A stretch of DNA of 64,000 bases from Escherichia coli (GTDB taxonomy: Bacteria > Pseudomonadota > Gammaproteobacteria > Enterobacterales > Enterobacteriaceae): NCBI RefSeq assembly GCF_016026235.1, contig NZ_CP065613.1. The stretch is one strand, 5' to 3'. Below are positions 37,583 to 47,980 of the stretch, one piece after another. The number at the start of each line of letters is the position of its first letter. Position 1 is the first letter of the stretch. The notes beneath the pieces were generated by a model. The model searched no databases. It had not been told where the DNA came from and was given only the letters and a program-made list of their open reading frames with translations. Both the position numbers and the translations under genes were made by a program.

Positions 37583-37878
37583 TTCAGGCGCTTCGCGAAG
37601 TATGTCGCGGCCTTTTGGAGGATAGCCAGCTCTTCATCCCGTTCTGCCAGCTGGCGTTTGAGACGTGCAATCTCGGTAGACATCTCCAGTTCACGTTCAG
37701 AAGACGTCTGCTGATTTTGCTGTTTACTGCGCCAGTTGTAGAGCTGTGATTCATACAGGCTGAGTTCACGGGCTGCGGCAGTAACACCGATGCGTTCAGC
37801 AAGCTTCAGGGCTTCACTGCGAAATTCAGGCGAATGCTGTTTACGGGGTTTTTTACTGGTTGATACTGTTTTTGTCAT
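37579..37878 (-). CDS. insE: IS3 OrfA (HTH)
   Basis: 99 aa from ATG 37876-37878 ([19 protein letters not shown]...). Confidence 0.93.
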   Translation of the reverse strand: MTKTVSTSKKPRKQHSPEFRSEALKLAERIGVTAAARELSLYESQLYNWRSKQQNQQTSSERELEMSTEIARLKRQLAERDEELAILQKAATYFAKRLK

Positions 37879-37943
37879 GTGAGTCACCTCTGACTGAGAG
37901 TTTACTCACTTAGCCGCGTGTCCACTATTGCTGGGTAAGATCA

Positions 37944-38054
37944 ATAAGTAATAAGCCCTATTTGGGGAATATGTTAAATGATTTTGCTGGCGTGGATCAG
38001 CAACGAGTTATGCATTGTCGTAAAGCATTTAGTGATGCAAAGGTATTCAAATGA
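37944..38054 (+). pseudogene. ymdE: Short gene remnant abutting IS3 (remembered as the ymdE fragment in K-12)
   Basis: 27-codon ORF tail ([27 protein letters not shown], 37971-38054) ending in an overlap with the ycdU ATG. The assignment is from memory only. Confidence 0.35.
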
Positions 38055-39037
38055 TTCCTGATTATTTAACTTTTATTCGCTTTCAGGATAAACGAAATCT
38101 GATATACATTTATGCTATTGGACTTATTCTGATAGGCTTTTATTGGAAGAATGCAGGGTTTACTTTTCCATCAGAGGATATTGGTGTAGTTAGTGGGATT
38201 CTGGCCCTGGTGCTGTATAATTTTATTTTTGATCTCAAGGCGTACTGGGCTTATAAATGCGTCACGAAGAATATCGATTTTTCGTGGTTTAAGAAAAAGC
38301 AGAACCACAAAATAGAATTATTTCTTACACAACCTCTGGTGGCAGGATTTCTGTCGTTAATCATGTTGAGTGCAATGAGTTGGGGGCTATACCAGCTTCT
38401 ACCCTCGTTATATGCGCTGTTCCTGATTTCGTTACTTGGGCCGTTGGTCATCTTTCTGCTGTTTCGGATGATCCGCACCAGTTATGTCAAGCAGGTCGCT
38501 ATTTCAGTAGCGAAAAAAGTAAAATATAAAAGTCTGACTCGCTATGTGCTGCTTTCGGTGTGCATCTCAACGGTTGTTAACCTGCTTACTATCAGCCCGT
38601 TGCGTAACAGTGATTCTTTTGTGACAGAGGGGCAGTGGTTAACGTTTAAATCGATAATTGCATTGCTCATTCTTTGTGGCGTAGTGTTGGCGATTAATCT
38701 GTTTTTTCTGCGCTTCTCCAAGCGGTACGCTTTTCTGGGCAGGCTTTTTTTGCAGGAAATCGATCTGTTTTTCTCCAGTGAAAATGCGTTGTCGACCTTT
38801 TTTGCCAAGCCGCTTTGGCTTCGGTTATTCATATTGCTGGTTATTGAAATGATGTGGATTACGCTGGTGTCGGTATTGGCAACGCTTGTGGAATGGCGGA
38901 TTTGGTTTGAAGCCTATTTTTTACTCTGCTATGTACCGTGCTTAATTTACTATTTTTTCCATTGTCGATTCCTCTGGCATAACGATTTTATGATGGCATG
39001 TGACATGTATTTCCGTTGGGGGCATTTTAATAAGTGA
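38051..39037 (+). CDS. ycdU: Polytopic inner-membrane protein YcdU
   Basis: 328-aa ORF, AT-rich, with multiple TM segments. Confidence 0.9.
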   Translation: MIPDYLTFIRFQDKRNLIYIYAIGLILIGFYWKNAGFTFPSEDIGVVSGILALVLYNFIFDLKAYWAYKCVTKNIDFSWFKKKQNHKIELFLTQPLVAGFLSLIMLSAMSWGLYQLLPSLYALFLISLLGPLVIFLLFRMIRTSYVKQVAISVAKKVKYKSLTRYVLLSVCISTVVNLLTISPLRNSDSFVTEGQWLTFKSIIALLILCGVVLAINLFFLRFSKRYAFLGRLFLQEIDLFFSSENALSTFFAKPLWLRLFILLVIEMMWITLVSVLATLVEWRIWFEAYFLLCYVPCLIYYFFHCRFLWHNDFMMACDMYFRWGHFNK

Positions 39038-39172
39038 GGAAGTTACAGGAAGTGACCAGATAACGCATATATGTTCTCTACTATCTTGCGCATTTTGATT
39101 GTTGACTGAGTAACCAGACAGTTGATGTGCACAATTTCCCCTCGCCCTAACAGACGTGGGCGGGGGCACCCG

Positions 39173-39244
39173 GTGTGTGCAATATACGAAAAAAAAGCCC
39201 GTACTTTCGTACGGGCTCTTCTTTAAATATGGCGGTGAGGGGGG
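39173..39244. repeat. 72-bp direct repeat, copy 1 (serX terminator plus the last 15 nt of the tRNA, detached from the tRNA body)
   Basis: 71/72 identical to 40806-40877, with one mismatch (39214 G vs 40847 A). Contains the hairpin AGCCCGTAC-TTTC-GTACGGGCT. Confidence 0.9.
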
Positions 39245-39269
39245 TGCCCCTATTAAGTTGTCAAGCATG

Positions 39270-40466
39270 TTATGACCCCTGCGGGGTATAAAAAGTCCCG
39301 TCGCGCATCATGGCGAACAGAACGTCGCAGCGTCGTCTCGCCAGGGCGATAAGCGCCTGATTGTGTCGTTTTCCCTGACTCATTTTGCGGGTGTAGTAAG
39401 CCCTGGAGAGCGGATCCCTGAGCGCGGCGAAGGCCGACAGGAACAACGCCCGTTTGAGAGCTTTATTACCCCGTCGCGAGGGATGCTCACCGCGTATTGA
39501 CGAGCCGGATCGCCGAGTTACCGGCGCAAGGCCAGCATAAGCAGCGAGATGTGCGGCAGAGGCGAAGGCGCGGCAGGCGACCTCGGTGAGGAGTCTGGCT
39601 GCGGTCCTGACACCGACTCCGGGCATACTGGTCAGGACCGGGTAAAGAGGGTGAGCAAGAACTCGCTGTTCTACCTCAAGCGCCACCTCGTCTCTTTGCT
39701 TACGCAGCGTGATGAGCTGGAGTGCCAGACGTGGCAGTACTACGGCAGCGGCATTCGTGCCGGGAACGACGACGGTTTGTTCGGCCAGTGCCTGAGCTAT
39801 GTCTGCTGCAAGGCGTTTACCCAGACGAGGCGCAAGTTTGCAGAGCTGGGCTGCCAGCTTCTTCTCACCCAGCGAAGCGAGTTTTTCTGGTGAGGGATAT
39901 CGCTGGAGAAGATCGAGTACCGCCGGGTGCTCAAGTCTCGGACCGAGAACGCGCTCCAGTGCCGGATGTATCTGGGTCAGAAGGCCGCGGATACGGTTGC
40001 TGGCCTGCGTTGTCTGTGCGGCAAGATCATCATCGAAGCCGCAGAGCATGGAGAGTTCGGCGATTTGCTCGTCAGCCAGTTTCAGCGTGCGTAGCGCGTG
40101 AGGCAGGGTACGGGCAGCTTCGGCAATGATGGCAGCGTCACGAGCATCAGTTTTAGCTTCACCGGCGTGTAAGTCGGCTATGCGGCGCATGGCCAGTCCA
40201 GGGAGGTATCCGACAAGGACTCCTTCTGAGCGGGCAACGGCGACAGGTAACGCACCGATGGTAGCTGGCTGATCAACAACCAGCAGTATCTGACCATGTT
40301 GTTTCAGGTCAGATATTAGCGACCTGAGTTTGTTTTCGTCGTTGGGTAATGCTTTATCGAACAGGCGTTTACCTGAACGATTAATGGCAACAGCGTGATG
40401 CGTATCTTTACCGACATCAACGCCGATAAAGACCTGGACGGATTCGTAATCGCTGGATTCGGTCAT
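39270..40466 (-). CDS. IS110-family (DEDD / Piv-like) transposase-recombinase
   Basis: 398 aa. N-terminal FIGVDVGKDTHH and AKTDARDAAIIAE motifs. C-terminal LTSMPGVGVRTAARLL...YAGLAPVTRRSGSS...RRGNKALKRAL (Transposase_20-like). Confidence 0.9.
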   Translation of the reverse strand: MTESSDYESVQVFIGVDVGKDTHHAVAINRSGKRLFDKALPNDENKLRSLISDLKQHGQILLVVDQPATIGALPVAVARSEGVLVGYLPGLAMRRIADLHAGEAKTDARDAAIIAEAARTLPHALRTLKLADEQIAELSMLCGFDDDLAAQTTQASNRIRGLLTQIHPALERVLGPRLEHPAVLDLLQRYPSPEKLASLGEKKLAAQLCKLAPRLGKRLAADIAQALAEQTVVVPGTNAAAVVLPRLALQLITLRKQRDEVALEVEQRVLAHPLYPVLTSMPGVGVRTAARLLTEVACRAFASAAHLAAYAGLAPVTRRSGSSIRGEHPSRRGNKALKRALFLSAFAALRDPLSRAYYTRKMSQGKRHNQALIALARRRCDVLFAMMRDGTFYTPQGS

Positions 40467-40805
40467 TCTGTCTCCCTTGTATATGGGTTAACCAGATAAC
40501 CACGGGGAGCAGGTACCGGCATCCACGTTACAGACGGTCCCGGCAAAAGTGCCTGACCTGACCCCTATTAGCGGTTACCAGCGCCCCACCAGACCCGGTG
40601 ACATCACCCCCCGGATCATGGACGACTGGGGGCAGTAATCATGCCGGGTCTGGCTGGCTAACACCCCATTATAAGGGGTACGAATAAAGTAACGGGGATT
40701 GACTCGCTTCGCTCGCCCTGCGGGCAGCCCGCTCACTGCGTTCACGGTCTGTCCAACTGGCTGTCGCCAGTTGTCGAACCCCGGTCGGGGCTTCTCATCC
40801 CCCCA
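40467..40805 (-). ncRNA. Candidate bridge-RNA-encoding 5' non-coding region of the IS110-family element
   Basis: 339 bp with no ORF directly upstream of the recombinase. Perfect 10-bp stem CCAGACCCGG/CCGGGTCTGG (40589/40644). Further hairpins at 40663-40677, 40754-40773 and 40779-40790. Motifs matching both element termini. No expression data are available. Confidence 0.4.
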
Positions 40806-40877
40806 GTGTGTGCAATATACGAAAAAAAAGCCCGTACTTTCGTACGAGCTCTTCTTTAAATATGGCGGTGAGGGGGG
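40806..40877. repeat. 72-bp direct repeat, copy 2 (contiguous with intact serX)
   Basis: See copy 1. This copy continues into the full tRNA body. Confidence 0.9.
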
Positions 40878-40950
40878 GATTCGAACCCCCGATACGTTGC
40901 CGTATACACACTTTCCAGGCGTGCTCCTTCAGCCACTCGGACACCTCACC
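40863..40950 (-). tRNA. serX: tRNA-Ser (anticodon GGA)
   Basis: The reverse strand reads GGTGAGGTGTCCGAGTGGCTGAAGGAGCACGCCTGGAAAGTGTGTATACGGCAACGTATCGGGGGTTCGAATCCCCCCCTCACCGCCA. 88 nt, long variable arm, encoded CCA. Confidence 0.97.
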
Positions 40951-41144
40951 AAATTGTCGTTCCTGTCTTGCTGGAACGAGCGCTAATTTAGGGAAATCAT
41001 GACCTGAGGTCAACAAACTTTTTGAAAAAATCGCGCGTTTATTCAAACTTCAATCAATGTGTGGTTTTAATAAGCGAAATCTGCTTTTTTTGCCACCGAC
41101 CACGGATTTGTTATGCTGGTGGCCTTTGTAGATCATAACGATAA

Positions 41145-42122
<978 letters not shown>

Positions 42123-42176
42123 TAAAGCATCAGGATTCCTGCTATCCTTGGCGGGAATTGAATACAGGAGAGAGTT

Positions 42177-42914
42177 ATGTATCCCGTCGACCTTCATATG
42201 CATACCGTTGCCAGCACACATGCATATAGCACATTGAGTGATTACATTGCCCAGGCCAAACAAAAGGGCATTAAACTTTTTGCGATTACCGATCATGGCC
42301 CGGACATGGAAGATGCGCCGCATCACTGGCACTTCATTAACATGCGTATCTGGCCGCGAGTGGTTGATGGGGTAGGGATCCTGCGCGGCATCGAAGCTAA
42401 CATTAAAAATGTTGATGGTGAAATTGATTGCAGCGGTAAAATGTTTGACTCGCTGGATCTGATTATTGCCGGTTTTCATGAGCCGGTTTTTGCACCACAT
42501 GACAAAGCGACCAATACACAAGCGATGATCGCCACTATCGCCAGCGGCAATGTGCATATAATAAGCCATCCCGGAAATCCGAAATATGAAATAGATGTTA
42601 AAGCCGTTGCTGAAGCAGCCGCGAAACATCAGGTGGCGCTGGAAATCAATAATTCCTCATTTTTACACTCACGTAAGGGCAGTGAAGACAACTGTCGTGC
42701 GGTAGCCGCAGCGGTACGTGATGCTGGAGGTTGGGTGGCATTAGGCTCGGATTCTCACACCGCGTTTACCCTGGGGGAATTTGAAGAGTGTCTTAAAATC
42801 CTCGACGCGGTAGATTTTCCGCCAGAGCGCATTTTGAATGTTTCTCCGCGCCGCTTACTGAACTTCCTTGAATCTCGCGGTATGGCACCGATTGCGGAAT
42901 TTGCAGACCTTTAA
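42177..42914 (+). CDS. ycdX: PHP-family zinc phosphoesterase YcdX
   Basis: 245-aa ORF starting [18 protein letters not shown] (PHP motif). Confidence 0.94.
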   Translation: MYPVDLHMHTVASTHAYSTLSDYIAQAKQKGIKLFAITDHGPDMEDAPHHWHFINMRIWPRVVDGVGILRGIEANIKNVDGEIDCSGKMFDSLDLIIAGFHEPVFAPHDKATNTQAMIATIASGNVHIISHPGNPKYEIDVKAVAEAAAKHQVALEINNSSFLHSRKGSEDNCRAVAAAVRDAGGWVALGSDSHTAFTLGEFEECLKILDAVDFPPERILNVSPRRLLNFLESRGMAPIAEFADL

Positions 42915-42937
42915 TTACTAGTAATGGAAATATATTA

Positions 42938-43492
42938 ATGAACGAGTTTTCTATCCTCTGTCGTGTGCTGGGTTCGCTCTATTACCGCCAACCACAAGAT
43001 CCTTTACTGGTGCCGCTGTTTACCCTGATTCGTGAGGGGAAACTGGCTGCGAACTGGCCACTGGAGCAGGATGAGTTACTGACGCGTTTACAGAAAAGCT
43101 GTGATATGGCGCAAGTCTCTGCCGATTACAATGCGTTGTTTATCGGCGATGAATGCGCTGTGCCGCCATATCGTAGCGCATGGGTTGAGGACGCAACGGA
43201 AGCGGAAGTGCGCGCTTTTCTTTCTGAACGAGGGATGCCATTAGCGGATACGCCTGCCGATCACATCGGCACATTGCTGCTTGCGGCTTCCTGGCTGGAA
43301 GATCAGTCAACGGAAGATGAGAGCGAAGCACTGGAAACACTGTTCAGTGAGTATCTGTTACCCTGGTGTGGCGCGTTCCTTGGCAAAGTGGAGTCCCATG
43401 CAACCACGCCTTTCTGGCGCACCATGGCACCGCTAACCCGCGATGCCATTAGTGCAATGTGGGACGAGCTGGAAGAAGATTCTGAAGAGTAA
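42938..43492 (+). CDS. ycdY: TorD-family redox-enzyme maturation chaperone YcdY
   Basis: 184-aa ORF downstream of ycdX. Confidence 0.93.
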   Translation: MNEFSILCRVLGSLYYRQPQDPLLVPLFTLIREGKLAANWPLEQDELLTRLQKSCDMAQVSADYNALFIGDECAVPPYRSAWVEDATEAEVRAFLSERGMPLADTPADHIGTLLLAASWLEDQSTEDESEALETLFSEYLLPWCGAFLGKVESHATTPFWRTMAPLTRDAISAMWDELEEDSEE

Positions 43493-43593
43493 ATGTGATC
43501 TACGTCACTCATAACTGCAACTGATAATTTGTTGTTGCATAAAATGTGTGCTCGATCTCATTCATGGCCGCGTTTTCTGCTATCATGCGCGGC

Positions 43594-44085
43594 ATGAACA
43601 TACTTCTCTCTATTGCAATCACAACAGGCATTCTCTCCGGTATCTGGGGATGGGTGGCTGTTTCCCTGGGCTTACTAAGCTGGGCGGGCTTCCTGGGCTG
43701 TACGGCCTACTTTGCTTGCCCGCAAGGTGGGGTGAAAGGGCTGGCGATCTCCGCTGCAACCCTGCTTAGTGGCGTGGTGTGGGCGATGGTCATTATTTAC
43801 GGTAGTGCACTGGCACCACATCTGGAAATTCTCGGTTATGTCATAACCGGTATTGTCGCGTTTCTGATGTGTATTCAGGCCAAACAGCTGCTGCTTTCAT
43901 TTGTTCCGGGGACGTTTATAGGCGCATGCGCGACGTTTGCCGGGCAGGGGGACTGGAAACTGGTGTTACCTTCGCTGGCGCTTGGGCTGGTATTTGGTTA
44001 CGCAATGAAAAACAGCGGCCTGTGGCTGGCGGCGCGTAGTGCAAAGACGGCTCACCGTGAGCAGGAAATCAAAAATAAAGCGTGA
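43594..44085 (+). CDS. ycdZ: Inner-membrane protein YcdZ (DUF1097)
   Basis: 163 aa from internal ATG (MNILLSIAITTGILSG...). Confidence 0.9.
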   Translation: MNILLSIAITTGILSGIWGWVAVSLGLLSWAGFLGCTAYFACPQGGVKGLAISAATLLSGVVWAMVIIYGSALAPHLEILGYVITGIVAFLMCIQAKQLLLSFVPGTFIGACATFAGQGDWKLVLPSLALGLVFGYAMKNSGLWLAARSAKTAHREQEIKNKA

Positions 44086-44148
44086 GGGGCACTCACGCTT
44101 TCGCTTAAACAGTAAATGCCGGATTATTAATTCTGGCATTTTTATCTG

Positions 44149-44645
44149 TCAGGATTCCGGTGGAACCGACATATGGCGGTATTTCACCAGAATGTCATTC
44201 TGCCGTTCTGCTTTGTTCTGCAAATCCCACAGACCACGGTCAATACCATCATTAATCAGGAAAATGACCCCTGTTTCGATAGCCGACATCAGGCACAGCA
44301 TAACGGGTTCGTTCGAGGTGTAACCCACTTCCCCTTCCAGCAAGCGCTGGTAGTCAATAAAGCGGAAAACCCCGGCCTGAACTTCATAGGAAAGTATCGT
44401 CTTACTGGTGTTCACCGAGGAGAGGATCTCACCGGTACTCACATTGACGACGCGCAGGTTCACGGCAATCTCATCGAGCTGGTATTGCGTGTCGGCACCG
44501 ATCCCAAAATATCTTGCCCCAACCCCGCCCGATTTGACGTTGCTTTCATAACCGATAATCGAACCTTCAACCATGATATTTGCCGCCGTTAAAGATTGCA
44601 GCGGGATTCGGTTATTAATGGCAACCGTGCCGTTTTCTTGTGCAG
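44149..44645 (-). pseudogene. csgG: csgG 3' fragment (about 165 C-terminal codons); 5' part replaced by IS1
   Basis: The reverse frame gives ...AQENGTVAINNRIPLQSLTAANIMVEGSIIGYESNV...KYRHMSVPPES. The frame runs directly into the IS1 terminal repeat at 44646. Confidence 0.9.
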
Positions 44646-44700
44646 GGTAATGCTGCCAACTTACTGATTTAGTGTATGATGGTGATTTTAAGGTGCTTGC

Positions 44701-44976
44701 GTGGCTTCCATTTCCATCAGATGTCCTTCCTGCTCCGCTACTGAAGGCGTGGTGCGTAACGGCAAAAGCACTGCCGGACATCAGCGCTATATCTGCTCTC
44801 ATTGCCGTAAAACATGGCAACTACAGTTCACTTACACCGCCTCTCAGCCCGGTACGCACCAGAAAATCATTGATATGGCCATGAATGGCGTCGGATGTCG
44901 CGCCAGTGCACGCATTATGGGCGTTGGCCTCAACACGGTTTTACGTCACTTAAAAAACTCAGGCCGCAGTCGGTAA
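44701..44976 (+). CDS. insA: IS1 InsA
   Basis: 91 aa with a GTG start and zinc-finger CPSC...CSHC. The A6C frameshift motif TTAAAAAAC lies near its end. Confidence 0.93.
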   Translation: MASISIRCPSCSATEGVVRNGKSTAGHQRYICSHCRKTWQLQFTYTASQPGTHQKIIDMAMNGVGCRASARIMGVGLNTVLRHLKNSGRSR

Positions 44977-45398
44977 CCTCGCGCATACAACCGGGCAGTG
45001 ATGTGATTGTCTGCGCTGAAATGGACGAACAGTGGGGCTACGTCGGTGCTAAATCACGTCAGCGCTGGCTGTTTTACGCGTATGACAGGATACGGAGGAC
45101 GGTTGTGGCGCACGTCTTCGGTGAACGCACTCTGGCCACACTGGAGCGTCTTCTGAGCCTGCTGTCGGCCTTTGAGGTCGTGGTATGGATGACGGATGGC
45201 TGGCCGCTGTATGAATCACGCCTGAAGGGAAAGCTGCACGTTATCAGCAAGCGTTACACTCAGCGCATTGAGCGACATAATCTGAATCTGAGACAACATC
45301 TGGCAAGGCTGGGACGGAAGTCACTGTCGTTCTCAAAATCGGTGGAGCTGCATGACAAGGTCATCGGGCATTATCTGAACATAAAACACTATCAGTAA
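44895..45398 (+). CDS. insB: IS1 InsB' frame (expressed as the InsAB' transposase by -1 frameshift)
   Basis: 167-aa ORF overlapping insA in the -1 frame. Confidence 0.9.
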   Translation: MSRQCTHYGRWPQHGFTSLKKLRPQSVTSRIQPGSDVIVCAEMDEQWGYVGAKSRQRWLFYAYDRIRRTVVAHVFGERTLATLERLLSLLSAFEVVVWMTDGWPLYESRLKGKLHVISKRYTQRIERHNLNLRQHLARLGRKSLSFSKSVELHDKVIGHYLNIKHYQ

Positions 45399-45574
45399 GT
45401 TGGAGTCATTACCGAACAAAAAAAGAAAAATACAACGCGCGGGTGAGTTATTAAAAATATTTCCGCAGACATACTTTCCATCGTAACGCAGCGTTAACAA
45501 AATACAGGTTGCGTTAACAACCAAGTTGAAATGATTTAATTTCTTAAATGTACGACCAGGTCCAGGGTGACAAC

Positions 45575-46030
45575 ATGAAAAACAAATTGTTATTTATGAT
45601 GTTAACAATACTGGGTGCGCCTGGGATTGCAGCCGCAGCAGGTTATGATTTAGCTAATTCAGAATATAACTTCGCGGTAAATGAATTGAGTAAGTCTTCA
45701 TTTAATCAGGCAGCCATAATTGGTCAAGCTGGGACTAATAATAGTGCTCAGTTACGGCAGGGAGGCTCAAAACTTTTGGCGGTTGTTGCGCAAGAAGGTA
45801 GTAGCAACCGGGCAAAGATTGACCAGACAGGAGATTATAACCTTGCATATATTGATCAGGCGGGCAGTGCCAACGATGCCAGTATTTCGCAAGGTGCTTA
45901 TGGTAATACTGCGATGATTATCCAGAAAGGTTCTGGTAATAAAGCAAATATTACACAGTATGGTACTCAAAAAACGGCAATTGTAGTGCAGAGACAGTCG
46001 CAAATGGCTATTCGCGTGACACAACGTTAA
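45575..46030 (+). CDS. csgB: Minor curlin / nucleator CsgB
   Basis: 151 aa from internal ATG (MKNKLLFMMLTILGAPGIAAA...). Confidence 0.94.
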   Translation: MKNKLLFMMLTILGAPGIAAAAGYDLANSEYNFAVNELSKSSFNQAAIIGQAGTNNSAQLRQGGSKLLAVVAQEGSSNRAKIDQTGDYNLAYIDQAGSANDASISQGAYGNTAMIIQKGSGNKANITQYGTQKTAIVVQRQSQMAIRVTQR

Positions 46031-46070
46031 TTTCCATTCGACTTTTAAATCAATCCGATGGGGGTTTTAC

Positions 46071-46529
46071 ATGAAACTTTTAAAAGTAGCAGCAATTGCA
46101 GCAATCGTATTCTCCGGTAGCGCTCTGGCAGGTGTTGTTCCTCAGTACGGCGGCGGTGGCGGTAACCACGGTGGTGGCGGTAATAACAGCGGCCCGAATT
46201 CAGAGCTGAATATTTATCAGTACGGTGGTGGTAACTCTGCACTTGCTCTGCAAGCTGATGCTCGTAACTCTGATCTTACTATTACCCAGCATGGTGGTGG
46301 TAACGGTGCAGATGTTGGTCAGGGCTCAGATGACAGCTCAATCGATCTGACCCAACGTGGCTTTGGTAACAGCGCCACTCTTGATCAGTGGAACGGTAAA
46401 GACTCTCATATGACAGTTAAACAATTCGGTGGCGGCAACGGTGCAGCGGTTGACCAGACTGCATCTAATTCCACCGTCAACGTAACTCAGGTTGGCTTTG
46501 GTAACAACGCGACCGCTCATCAGTACTAA
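46071..46529 (+). CDS. csgA: Major curlin CsgA
   Basis: 152-aa ORF with a signal peptide, a Gly-rich N22 region and five S-X5-Q-X-G-X-G-N-X-A-X3-Q repeats. Confidence 0.95.
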   Translation: MKLLKVAAIAAIVFSGSALAGVVPQYGGGGGNHGGGGNNSGPNSELNIYQYGGGNSALALQADARNSDLTITQHGGGNGADVGQGSDDSSIDLTQRGFGNSATLDQWNGKDSHMTVKQFGGGNGAAVDQTASNSTVNVTQVGFGNNATAHQY

Positions 46530-46550
46530 TACATCATCTGTATTAAAGAA

Positions 46551-46575
46551 ACAGGGCGCAAGCCCTGTTTTTTTT
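46551..46575 (+). terminator. Rho-independent terminator after csgA
   Basis: ACAGGGC-GCAA-GCCCTGT followed by a T-run. Confidence 0.85.
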
Positions 46576-46587
46576 CGGGAGAAGAAT

Positions 46588-47352
<765 letters not shown>

Positions 47353-47446
47353 GTTTCTGAACAACTCACGTTGCTGAGCAGAAAAATGCGATTTAACCAA
47401 AAAGCCTGCTGTACACTTAAGAAACAAGAAGGTGTAAGGAGGCGTT

Positions 47447-47980
47447 ATGAAAACGCGTATTCATGTTGTGCAGGGTGATATTACCAAACTGGCCGTTGAT
47501 GTGATTGTGAATGCGGCTAATCCTTCATTAATGGGAGGTGGCGGCGTCGATGGGGCCATTCATCGCGCAGCGGGTCCGGCCCTGCTTGATGCCTGTTTAA
47601 AAGTCAGGCAACAGCAGGGCGATTGCCCTACGGGGCATGCCGTTATTACGCTTGCAGGCGATCTTCCCGCTAAAGCCGTAGTGCACACCGTCGGGCCAGT
47701 CTGGCGTGGTGGTGAACAAAACGAAGACCAGCTTTTGCAGGATGCCTATCTCAATAGCCTACGACTGGTGGCGGCAAACAGCTATACGTCAGTGGCTTTT
47801 CCTGCAATCAGTACTGGGGTTTATGGTTACCCTCGTGCGGCAGCGGCTGAAATCGCAGTAAAAACCGTTTCAGAATTTATTACCCGTCACGCTTTACCCG
47901 AACAGGTATACTTTGTCTGTTATGATGAAGAAAACGCCCACCTCTACGAAAGACTCCTTACCCAACAAGGAGATGAATGA
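47447..47980 (+). CDS. ymdB: Macrodomain O-acetyl-ADP-ribose deacetylase YmdB
   Basis: 177-aa ORF containing the macro motif [18 protein letters not shown]. Confidence 0.95.

Larger units (their letters stand above)
36686..37943 (-). mobile_element. IS3 (1258 bp)
   Basis: Termini are TGATCCTACCCACGTAATATGGACAC (36686) and ...GTGTCCACTATTGCTGGGTAAGATCA (37943). orfA/orfB overlap as expected for a -1 frameshift. Flanking triplets differ (AAC vs ATA). Confidence 0.95.
39245..40805 (-). mobile_element. IS110-family insertion sequence (exact ends uncertain because of the flanking 72-bp repeat)
   Basis: A single 398-aa DEDD-type transposase ORF with only 25 bp downstream and 339 bp of non-coding sequence upstream. 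No terminal inverted repeats are evident. Confidence 0.85.
44646..45413 (+). mobile_element. IS1 (768 bp, divergent IS1 variant)
   Basis: Termini are GGTAATGCTGCCAACTTACTGATTTAGTGTATGATGGTG and ...CAGTAAGTTGGAGTCATTACC. insA starts at IS position 56. The 9-bp flanks differ (CTTGTGCAG vs GAACAAAAA). Confidence 0.95.

Noticed and set aside
38942-39268. A 108-aa reverse-strand ORF spanning the ycdU 3' end, the 72-bp repeat and the IS terminus.
   Set aside because: It crosses three unrelated sequence segments, including a tRNA-terminator copy and an IS end, so it is a chance ORF.
40699-41046. ORFs 40699-40986 (+), 40808-41002 (+) and 40795-41046 (-).
   Set aside because: All read through the serX tRNA gene and its terminator, so they are artefacts.
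46071-46529. CsgA is 152 aa here (QYGGGGGNHGGGG), against the 151 aa I remember for K-12.
   Set aside because: A single extra Gly in the N-terminal Gly-rich segment is ordinary allelic length variation with no evident functional implication.
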